Made by a program: the position numbers and the translations under genes. Shown piece by piece: positions 49,201-59,959 of a stretch of DNA of 64,000 bases; positions within the stretch are counted from its first letter, which is position 1; each line of letters starts with the position of its first letter. The DNA is from Oculina patagonica (taxonomy: Eukaryota), in NCBI RefSeq assembly GCF_052425735.1, contig NC_135770.1, forward strand, positions 2,170,001 through 2,234,000, given 5' to 3'. The notes under the pieces were generated by a model. That model was given only the letters and a program-made list of their open reading frames with translations, did no database searches and had not been told where the DNA came from.

Positions 49201-52200
49201 ATTGCTGATACATTGGTCTGGACCTTTTCATTGGCTTTCTCATACTTCATCAAAGCATCCGATCTATGACCCGTTCTATCGCGAATTAGCTTGCTGTCAA
49301 CACCAGCATTAAACAAACTCGACGCACACGTTACGCGTAAAGAGTGGGCAGTTTTACGCTTTACTCCGGCAGCCTCGCACATATCGGGCAATAAACGATT
49401 AAGCGTATTAATGCCCACAGGTAATTTGTCAAAGCACATTCTTTTCACGTTAGGCCTGAAATAGAATGCATCAACTTCTTTCGCGCAAATTTGCACAAGA
49501 CCAATATAAAGGCGGTAATATTCAATAAGACAAGGCTCATGATGTTCACCTACAGAATGACAAATATGCCTCACGACGCGCGGTTCATATTTCAAATCAA
49601 GCAAGCCTCCATGAAATGTTTTGGACGCATTTTCTTCAAAACGGATGTAATTATCACCTATTTCAAAATTATTTAGGCAGATTTGCCTATGCTCCCCTCC
49701 ACGGAGACCAAATAATTTGCCATTATAGTAATATACAACATTTAACAAAGACTTAGCCGTCTTCATTCCAAATACTCCACTTCATCAGTGACTGGCTCTT
49801 TTTCTTTTTGTTTCGCTTTCAAACCAACGCCAGCTCGAGTCCCATCCTTCATTTCTGCGTCCAATATTCGTCTAAAGATAGCAAATCTAATGAGGAAAAG
49901 AGAAAAGTTCGATGCAATTTCCTTAAGTTTTAAAATATCAAACCGTCCCCCTCTCCAATAACGCTAATTCACACACCTTTTGTCTGAAGAGTCCAAGGGA
50001 TTGAACTCGATGGATGGGTTCTTTTCCACCATGAATCGGCGAATGCCGCAGACGATCTGGTACAACGTTTTCGGAGGGTATGGATCTTTCGAAGACTTTG
50101 CCACCTCTTGAACAAATTTGGATAACCAGTAGTTGAGCGTCAATGCGTCCATCTCTGTTATGGGCAGAGTAAGCGGCTGAACTTTGTGCAATTCATACTC
50201 TTTAAAAACTCCACCAACCTCGAGTATTGGAACATTGACACTTCGCACTCGTTGCCAATCCTCAAAAATCCCTATTGCCCACTTATTTTTATATCTGGTA
50301 GACTTAGGTACTGCTCTCTCTACGCAAAGTTCTTCTTCCTCGATTGTTTTCGGGGAGCGAAACCTTCCTTCGGCCATGGCAAAAACAATATGTAAATCCC
50401 TTCAAGTTCACAACGCTTTTAGAATACAAATTTGGTGCAACGCGAAACTATTGGATAATTAAAAACAAAAGCTCACAAATACAATGAATGCCGACTGAAT
50501 ACAACAAATCACACATACAAGGCATTTTAAAGAAAAATGGGAAAAAATACGACACTGCATAATTTTGTATTGTTTCTTTAGAGAAGTCATTTCAAAAACT
50601 CGTGCATCGTGTTTCATCACGATTTCCAAACACTCGAAAACAGATGAAAGCACTCGGCCGAAGCGGCCTCGTGCTTTCATCTGTTTTCTCGTGTTTGGAA
50701 ATCGTGATGAAACACTCGCACTCGTTTTTGAAATAGTACTTGATGCATCTCAGTTTTTTGGTGTAAATTTGTTTTAGGGAATATTGTTGAACTGGCAGAA
50801 CAGTACGGTGGCTTGATCTTTGGAGTGGAACATCGCTTCTATGGGTTCAGCACTTTTGAGAACTGTTTAGAAAACGAGAATCTCGTTTTTCTTTCAAGTC
50901 AGCAAGCGTAAGTTGTCAAGGGAGTAGTGTTTATATGTCTTAAAAAACATATGACGCTGTAGCCTGAACAACCTCGTGTCCAGGGTCTTTTCTGCTTTTA
51001 TTTCAGCCGTCTTCCCCCCTCCTCCCCCCTGTCATTATTGCTGTTATCATGAGACGATTGCTTTTGCTCACTTTTGGGGATAAACAATCAGGTTCTAGTC
51101 TCCCTCGCAGCTAGCCGTTTTTAGTGTCGTCACGCAACGCTCCTCCCCACGCTTTGTGTTGCGTGACAACAAGTCAGCAAGTGTAAGTTGTCAAGGTAGC
51201 AGTGTTTATATATTGTATGGGTGTATAACGATTGTAAAATATAATTCAAAATAGGGGAAAAGTTCTACTAAAAATAAAATCGACTTACCTAAAAAAACAA
51301 CATATGTCACGTTGTAGACCGAACAACCTCGTGTCCAGGGTCCTCTGCGCATTATAATGTCAGCTGTCTTCCTCCTTGGATCATTATTTTTGAGAGGGGG
51401 GGGGGGGTGGTATGAATTGTTTGCAGGGCCTAGAAAGACAAAGTAAATTGTTTGCAAACACGATATGTATAAAACACATAATTAAATTTGAATTTCGAAA
51501 AAGAAAAAGGTTTGCAGCGAGGCATAAACAAAAAAGTTTGCAAAGGAAAATTTTTCTTACACCTCCCCCCCCCCAAAAAAAAAATAAATAGCGAAGCGCG
51601 AGGTTTAAAAATAGAATGCAAATGATAATTCCCCCCTTCCCAACCCACCCCTACTCCCACGGGGCTCAGACAACATCAGTTTCGTTTCATATAAAGTGTT
51701 TTAGGAACATCGGCTGTTTTAGAAAGTGTTTCAAGAAAATCGTCCGCCATTCCGGTTTGTTTGTCTAAGTCTTGTCTGAGTCATGACGTCACTCGTGCGC
51801 TGTTGCTCACTTTTGGGGAAAACCAATCAGTTAGCTTTGTCCCCCGGGGGGGGGGAACTCCCATAAATTTCGGATAGGGGTGTGCCGCCAAGGTTCTTAA
51901 ACCCTGACCCTTTTTAAGGATAAGGAAAGCGAAAATTGATACCTTTTTAAGGCCCCAAATCGAAAAATGGGGAAGAGTAGCGTTCCGTGACGACCCAAAC
52001 AACGGCTAACCGCGCAAGGCAAGACACAAATCTTTCTAAAATCGCTTTTCTAATACCTGAACAGAAAATTGTTTTAAGGTATCTTTTTTTCGTTTAGCTG
52101 GGCGTTTTTTTTAGCTAATAGAATTTAGGTACCCTATCTAAGGATCACACCGGGAATACATTGCCAAAGGAGCAAAAATGATACCCTATTTAAGAACCGA

Positions 52201-55200
52201 GAACCTCAAAAACCATACCCTATCGGGCGGCACATACCTATATTCTTGGTTTTCACGTGACGTCATCAAAATTTTAAACTCCAGAATCGTAAAGCCCCTG
52301 AGTTTTTATCCTTCACTGGCTATTAGACGTCCTTAATACATATATTTTTGAAGGTTTTTAGCTCGATAGCATTCGCCGTCTTTAAGATAGAGCATTTTGA
52401 ATTTCGGAGTTTCACGCCACACGAGATCAAAGATGGCCGCCAAAAGGTTGTCACGTATGCTTAAAAAAATGCTTTTTCTTGTGATTTTCAACAATCTGAA
52501 CAGTTGAGATTTTGCGAGAAGTGTTTATTTGAATGTTTACTTGTTCATGATGGTGATCTGACCGCTTTATGTAGCAGAAGTGAATGCCAGATGTTTTTGT
52601 TGATTTCCGGCCGCCATGTTGAGCCCAAACAGTTGGGCTCCAACATGGCGATTCCATACTGTGCTCTCTAAATTTGCGTGAAACATTTTGACGGAAAACT
52701 CGAGTTCGGAATAAGGTACAGACCTGAGACTTGGACGAGTAGTTTATATTGTAGTTTTCTACAGCCTGTAATATTCTTGATTTTTTTGTCTCAATAGTTT
52801 TGGATTTATTTTTTCGCAGCGTGACAGTGGCGTGACAGTGAAAACCACCTATAGGCCACATATGGGAGTACCCCCCCCGGGGGGGGGCTTTGTCAACACT
52901 TATCCACTGGATAGCGATTTACCCGGTGGAAAGCGTTATCCATCCTTTGAACAACTGGACTCAGATGTACCTAAAATGATCACTTGCCATATTCTTCGTT
53001 ACTGTACTTTAACTCCTCACGGAGTCGCAACAGTTCTTGTGTTAGAAAATGACGCCCCAAATTTTCTTTCGTTTTTAGCTTGGCTGACTTGGCCGAATTC
53101 TGTGTTTTTGCTCGGGAAATGCACAACCTTACAGATCGAAATAAATGGATTGCATATGGCGGCTCGTACCCAGGATCACTGGCGGCTTGGTTCAGACTCA
53201 AGGTAAACAGATACAAGTGCAAAGATCTTAAATTTTATCAGTAGTTGAGCATTTATTTGTTTTTGAATGTTTGGTGATGCAACGTGCTCGCTGATTGGCT
53301 GTAGACACGATCATGACACATCGTTACATTTTGCTGGCTTTATTTTACAAGCAACAAACCATTCATTTGCTACAAAACACAGAATAAATAAAACATATTT
53401 AAAATTAACTAATTAATTAGGCATAAAAAATTACCCGAAAGGTGAAAACTGAACGAGCTGAAAATGCATTTGAAAAATTATTTTTTTTCAAGCGAGGCTT
53501 TTCAAAATCTTTCAACCTTGTGTGTGTTAGAGTCCTTTACTGTTTAGTTTTTTAATCGATTGCGTTTTTTCCAGTATCCTCACCTTGTGTCGGGAGCGGT
53601 TGCGTCATCAGCTCCAGTTCAGGCAAAGGCGGACTTCCAGAATTACAACAATGTAAGTTAACTGTCTCGTTTCAGATGTCGCTAAATGTATGGAAAAGCT
53701 TCCTGGGATGAGGTTCTCCTGGCTAGTTCCAAGTCATGCGCGGTGTACGTGGAGTTGTAGAATCAACCTACAGAAAAGAATGGAGACAACACTTTGATTT
53801 AGTTTCGTCTGCGGCGCAGACTACACTTTGCATAAGTGTTTTTTTCTTCTCAAAAGTAAAGCAATCTTTTTCAATTACTGTAGATTTACTGTAGATTTTC
53901 TATAGAAATTAAACTGCGAGTATTAACCATTCCTTTTTTAAGAGAGTCGTCGATCAACGTGGAAAGAAAAATAAGGCAGTTTTTATTCACTGATAAAAAA
54001 ATGTAACTTGATCGTTTTTTTCTGTTTAGGTTGCTGCGGCAAGTTTTGCGTCGCCGCTGGTTAATGGCTCTGCGCAAGTACGATTTTTTTCCCTTTCTTA
54101 CTCGTTTATTATTCTAAAGGTTAAAACAAACTGAAAGAAAAGCAAAACCGTGATGGTGGCTTAGATATAAAGTTGCACCTAGTATAGATTTTAACGATGT
54201 AATTTCTTTCTTTTTTCTTAGTTTAGGTTTTGATTTAGAAGATATATCAAACACTCTAGAGAGTGTTTCATCACATTTCCAAGCAACTCAAAGTTCAAAA
54301 ATATTCCACTGCGCGTGGTATTTTCAACTCTCTTTTTGTTGTTTGGAAATGTGATGAAACACTCTCTCGAGTTTTATATGTTACCTAAACTCTGAAATCT
54401 TAACGCGTATGAATGACACAGAATGAACAATGGTTTAAATTTAACGAAGTGCCGAGTTCTTAATTAATCGTCATGCCATGAACAGAAAATCGTTATTATT
54501 TTTATTTTTTATTTTGGGAGGTGGAGGTACTTTGTATCCAAATTTTTAAAACGTAGACCTTTCTTGTGCTTTGATCTCTTCCTCGCTTAATAACAAAACT
54601 TGCAAAAGTATGGTTGAAGTGTTTTTTTTTCTTGTTGTTACAAAACCAGTTGTAACATGTACGTTTTCATTTGTTTCACATAGTGTCGGAGCAATATCAA
54701 GCAGGCCTTCTCGTCCGTGGACCAGCTTATTGCACAGAAGGAATTTAAAAAACTGGAGAAAGACTTTTCGTCGTGCGGTGATATTTCTCATCCAAATGAC
54801 ACTTATGTTTTCACGCAGAACCTTGAGACTTTTCTTGACACGACAGTTATGTTTAATGGTCAACTGCAAGCCTCTAAAATTAGCATAGAACTAGTGTGTG
54901 AGTATATGACAAGTCCATCCACGACTCCTTATGAAGGCCTCGTGTATCTAATTCATGTGAGTATAAACGTTCTTTGCCTTTGGTGCAAAAGTTGGTTATT
55001 CGCACAATGTGGACATTTATAACCAGAAGACGACGTTATTTATCTATCAGGTACCTGGCCTTTTTCAAAACCTGCAATAATGTACGAATTATGGAATGTA
55101 TATGCACGAACTAATATAAAAGAATGAATACCTGTTACCTATCTTCTTCGTGCCATGTGGCACATAAGGCCTCAAGGTTTCTGTAATCTGCTTTGTTTTA

Positions 55201-58200
55201 AGGGGGCGGGTGATTGGCCCACCGCCCAACCCCCAACTTGGAGGATCAGGGGCTGTTCTTTGTCTGGCCTCTACCCCTCGACCAATCCGGCATGGTTAGA
55301 CCTGCTAGGGACCAAAATCCCAGCCGGCACAGCTCTTAGGGTCATTTAGACACCCAAGCCTCACCTCCACTACAAGGTGACAGCCCAAGAATGAATAAAG
55401 GAAGGGAAAATCAATAGAGAAAGGAAGGAAGGAATTGATGAATGGATGGATGGATGGATGGATAGATGGAAGCATGCATGAGACCCTCGGTAGGACTTTA
55501 CGTCCGGGCCAAAAGAGGATGAGAGTTGATGAGAGTTGACTCTAATGAGAGTTTTCGTCAACTCTCACCGACTATCATCACCTCGGGCCAAACGAGAACG
55601 AAAGTCCGTCAAACTCTCATCGACTCTCACGAAAAACTTGAGCACGTTCAAAGTCGACGAGAGCGCACGAGAGTCGACGAGATTGCATAAGAGTTCCATG
55701 CCAAACAAGAGCGGGAGTTTGAACTCTCGTCAACTCTCATCCTCGTTTGGCCCGGGCTTTAGGTAGAGCTGTCACAAAGATGTCAAAGATGCTTGTCAAC
55801 TTTTGGGTAACTTGTTATCTTTCAAGAAACGTTTTCTTTTCGAGCAACTTCAAATTTCAAGACCGAAGATTTCCGAAAAATTTCCGAGTGTTTTTTGAAG
55901 GGGATACGACCGTTTCGGAAAATTTTTCGAACTTATCCGAAGATAAACAAAATTTGCCGAAGATTTCCGAGAAAGTTCTGGAAGATGCTTCAACTTTTAG
56001 ATCATTCATTGTTAAAAACTCGTCAGGAAACATGCCGTCATAGGTTGACCTTAACTTGAAAATGTTATTCTCATACCTTCAACGAGAACTTTAGCATTTA
56101 TATCTGAGGATTTTTCTTCTTTTTTTGGATCTTTTGGAGCAACTTTCAAGCAACTATTTGAAATTTGGAGCACCTTTGCGCAACTTTTTGGTAAATTTCG
56201 AGTAACTTTTTGGTAAATTTCCAGTAACTTTCTGGTAATTTCGAGCAACTTTTTGGTAAACTTCGAGCATCTGTGGGACAGTCCTAACCCCATGGACGCC
56301 GATTTGCAAGGATTTCTTTAATTGGTGTGATTTCTATACATGATTTTTTTTTATCTTGCAGAACTATCTTGTATTTGCGAAACTCCCTTGCCTCAACAAT
56401 AACTATACAGACTACATGGAATTGTTTAAGGACACGACGGTCGCCACTTATTACCGTCCGTGGACTTATCAGAAATGCACGCAGTTTGGATATTGTAGGT
56501 TTATTTTTTTCAAGGGACCGTGTCACGTATTTTAGCCAAACTTAGGCATAGGAAATGACCATCAAATTTGTTTAAATGTATAAAATAACCTCTTAAAACA
56601 GTGAAGGAATATTTAAATAACACACCAAATGCAAAAGAAGGTACGGATGACCAAAAGTGTTGAAGATTGAAACGGATTGCGATGTGGGCTTTTGAAATAT
56701 GGTCCGGCGGAACAGTTTTCAAAGTTAATCTTGTCTGCTTGTAACTTTAATTTATGACGCCCGGGAGACACATTTGGCTGCCATGAAGCTATGGTTTTGT
56801 TATTTAGTATCAAAGAATTAATTTCTTTGCAAACATTTAGTTTCATAGCGAATATATGTGGCAAAATTTAATAACATAAGATTAACTTAGCCGTGACATA
56901 GTCCCTTTAATCATTATTATCATTATTTTTTTAGTCGTGGACTGCATGCATATAGTCTCTATAGTTTTTCCTGCTTTCGATTTGAGAAATAGAAAATGGA
57001 GCTTGATACCATTGTCAGCTGCAAACACCAAGAAAGGGTGGGATTTTAAAAATGCGAGCTGCCATCGAGGGTTTACATACGTTGTGCTTTTGATGGATCA
57101 GTTTTACAACTCTTTAATAGTTAGTTGCTGCTACAGTGGAACCCCGATATAACGATATGCCAAGGGAGCAGCAAAATCACATCGTTACATCGAGGAATCG
57201 TTTTATTAAAACTCCCGATAGAACGATATGGCCGTAAAATAACCGAAATTATCGTTATATCGGGGTAAACCTTACAAGTGCTTTTTACTGCATATAAAAG
57301 TAGGATAAAGAGAATAATTTTGATAAAGAGGGCGAAAACACAGTATCATTTTCGTATATCATAGTCAAAGCTGCTTACAGAAACGTTAGAGATAATTCAG
57401 AAAATGTAATGTTATTGCATTAAATTCGATGTTTAGCAAATGAATTATGACTGTGAACTGATAATATCCTTATGTCGGGAGGATTTTACGTTCGGTCCGC
57501 TAAATTCTCATCGTTATATCGGGAACATCGTTATATCGAGGTTCCGTCCCATACATTTTACTGTAACTTTTGCCGGGACACAAAATATTCATCGCTATAT
57601 CGGGAATATCGTTATATCGGGGTTCCACTGTACAATAATGATATCAAGCAAATGTCTTATCATTACTAACAAGAATGTGGTTATTTAATTGACGTCACTG
57701 GTTACCATAACAACAGTCTAACCTGTTAAAACACCCTTAATCTTTGTTTTAAGTGCGCATAACTCAAGAACGAGCTCGGTAACCCCCATTTTGTATTATT
57801 GAGTAACGATCAGCATGTTAAGATACAACCTTTTGAAAAGTTAAAATAAATTCTATGGACTGGTTTCAGAGCCACCTTAAATTTTTCAGGAATGATTGGA
57901 CAGTTGTTTCTTATCATTATTGTAACAGCAACTGATAAAGATTTGTAGACTACAAATCTTTATCAGTTGCTGTATATTGTAGTACTTTCTCATCAAAGTG
58001 TAAGTGGTGAAAAGTGTGGAGACCGATATGAGCCTTAAGCTTCTTAAAATGATCCCACTTGTACATTCACAAAGCTGAATATAAAATTACAAGATTGCAA
58101 ATAACAATTTATAATGTAATCAGTAGTTATTCTGTTTTTGTTTTTAGTTCAGACCTGTGAACAGAACACAAGTTGTGTTTATTCTGCCATATTACCTGAC

Positions 58201-59959
58201 CTCTATTATGACCTAGCCCTCTGCTTCGATGTGTTTAATATTCCTGCTGAAGAGGTTTATCGAAGGGTAGCTTTTACAAATGCCTACTACGGAGGCGATA
58301 GACCCAAGGGTTCAAGAATTGTTTTCGTTAATGGTAAGGAATTCGAATGAATACTAAAATGCAGTCAATTTTGTCGCTTAGCTGTAAGGGTTAGCTTATC
58401 TATATCGATGGCCACCTTGTTCCCAGGGTACTCTCCTTGTTTCCAGGGTGCTCTCTCTTCAAACCCCGGGAACGAGGCTGTTTCGATGGTGAATTAGTGA
58501 AAAACTTAAACTTATGTGGTAAGTCGTTTTTCAGGTGAACAATATGAAGCAAAAAAGGAATTATGAAGTTCACAAGTCCCGAGACTAGAATCAAAAGAAA
58601 GATCGGTCTAGTGTTGATAACCGTGCGGAGCCCAGACTCCCTTGAGTCGAGATCTCCCAGGGACTACCTACGCTTCCCCTTGTTCAAACGCACTGCGCTA
58701 GCTTTTTTTTGTCATCACAGGATCTATAGACCCATGGCATGCATTGAGTGTACTCACAAACCAAGGCACCTCAGAGCTGTCCATTTATATTCCTGGTACT
58801 TCACACTGCGCCGACATGAATTCTGATCAACCCAGTGATCGGCCGGCTTTGCATCAAGCAAGACAGGTTTGTAGTGACGAAAAGCTTCAGGTTTTAAACG
58901 TTTTGTTGCTGTCTTTTTGCTAAGAAAAAAGTTTACAGTATACCAGGGGTTTTAAATAATTTCGTGGCTAGTCTGACACGCATGTTTCGTCTCCGCCAAG
59001 AGACTCATCAGAGACTCATCAGAGACCTTTCGGTGAAGCTATCTCGTCGAACATCGCGTTCGAAGTCCCGCTAGCGTTGAAAATGATGGTGCAAACTGGC
59101 CTTACATCGCGTAAGCATTATATTCCCAATTGCGTAACATGTCAATTGTTAAGAAACCAGGGGTTTTACCAAGGATATTTGTATGGATGTTAAATCTTTT
59201 TAATCTCACCTTACCTTAGTTAGAGTGATTTCCGTTAACCCGTAAAATTGTTATTACACTTTTAGATACTATCAGACACAAATTCCATTGTTTTCTTTTG
59301 TTTCCTTTTGACTATTGCACACAAACTGGTAGATATTGTTTCACGGATTAAATGAAATCACTCTAGTTTTTTTTACTATTAATTGAGCGGCTTTTATTTA
59401 GTTTGACGTTTACCAGTAGCTCCTGCGTTTACTGGGCTCTGTGATTGGCCCAAATTACTCGTGCAAATTGGCTCCAGCCAATCAGACCAGAAATATTGAT
59501 CAGTCAGCCAATCGTGACCCTTACAACGCTCACGTGCGTTTTCCCGTGCTTTTGAACAAGTTGCCTGTCACGATTGTTGATACTCACCCAGGGGTTTCAA
59601 GGGAACATTAACTTTTTGAGAACCTGGGAACAAAGGAGAAATAAAACTGGAAACACGGAAACAAAAGCGTATTTTAAGGAACAGGGAACAGGGAAAACCA
59701 AAATCGATGAAATACTTTAAGGGGACACGAGAACGCAAGACAATTTTTGTTGGGAACAAGGGGATATGGACCTCCCTCCCCGGGAGGCCCTCATTGTTTC
59801 AGGTTCCGACAGTTTTTCTGTGCTATTTGCAGGTGAAGTTGCCTTGAAGATGTTCTTAAATGGCCAGAATGTCGTTGTTTATTTTTATTTGTTTATTTTT
59901 TGTCTCAGAAAGTTGCAATACTCGTTGGTGATTGGATCCTCGAAGAGACTACACACTAA
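43201..59959 (+). CDS. Secreted/lysosomal serine peptidase family S28 (PRSS16/PRCP-like), copy 2, 10 exons, 492 aa
   Basis: Exons 43201-43510, 50778-50907, 53079-53202, 53575-53652, 54030-54077, 54684-54956, 56362-56494, 58148-58333, 58721-58866 and 59909-59959 total 1479 nt, open. Intron phases match copy 1, and the Ser/Asp/His triad motifs GGSYPG, NGSIDPWH and SHC are intact. Confidence 0.93.
44916..48486. mobile_element. Kolobok-like DNA transposon (TTAA TSD), apparently non-autonomous or decayed, 3.57 kb
   Basis: TTAA|AGTGGTACTATGATCAAAATTTT ... AAAATTTTGGTCATAGTAGCACT|TTAA. The paralogous intron of copy 1 is uninterrupted at the same site (~34170). No intact transposase ORF was recognised. 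Confidence 0.75.
48725..50741 (-). mobile_element. Crypton (tyrosine-recombinase DNA transposon), ~2.0 kb
   Basis: Encodes a DUF3504-type tyrosine recombinase. Absent from the paralogous intron. No TSD, but short terminal direct repeats CACTT (48725-48729) and TACTT (50737-50741). Large terminal hairpin at 50591-50734. Confidence 0.8.
49029..50377 (-). pseudogene. Crypton tyrosine recombinase (DUF3504-like) with one intron and one frameshift
   Basis: Exon 50377-49977 (VPKSTRYKNKWAIGIFEDW...LNYWLSKFVQEV...YPPKTLYQIVCGIRRF), GT-AG intron 49976-49887, then FAIFRRILDAEMK...EPVTDE. The frame shifts at ~49780 before GVFGMKTAKSL. Catalytic motifs LRGGEH (R), HSLR (HxxR), TGHRS (H) and LMKY (Y) are all present. 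Confidence 0.85.
55131..55386 (-). mobile_element. Short bipartite RTE-derived non-autonomous retroelement with an 11-bp TSD
   Basis: An RTE-like 5' UTR is fused to an RTE-like 3' end (GGCCTTATGTGCCACATGGCACGAAGAAGATAGG, then an AGGT-type tail). TSD AAGAATGAATA at 55120-55130 and 55387-55397. Absent in S28 copy 1. Confidence 0.7.
57133..57630. mobile_element. Tc1/mariner-pogo-type MITE (TA TSD)
   Basis: TA|CAGTGGAACCCCGATATAACGAT ... ATCGTTATATCGGGGTTCCACTG|TA. Confidence 0.8.
58955..59155 (-). mobile_element. 201-bp ribozyme-bearing retroposed insertion (retrozyme/Penelope-derived) with a 13-bp TSD
   Basis: Direct repeat ACCAGGGGTTTTA at 58942-58954 and 59156-59168. The paralogous intron has a single ACCAGGGACTTTA site (~41400). 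Contains a hammerhead ribozyme. Confidence 0.8.
58970..59016 (-). ncRNA. Type I hammerhead ribozyme (minimal)
   Basis: The minus strand reads AGUCU CUGAUGA GUCUC uuggcg GAGAC GAA ACA ugcg UGUC^AGACU. Stem I AGUCU/AGACU, core CUGAUGA, stem II GUCUC/GAGAC, GAAA, stem III ACA/UGU, cleavage triplet GUC. Confidence 0.88.
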
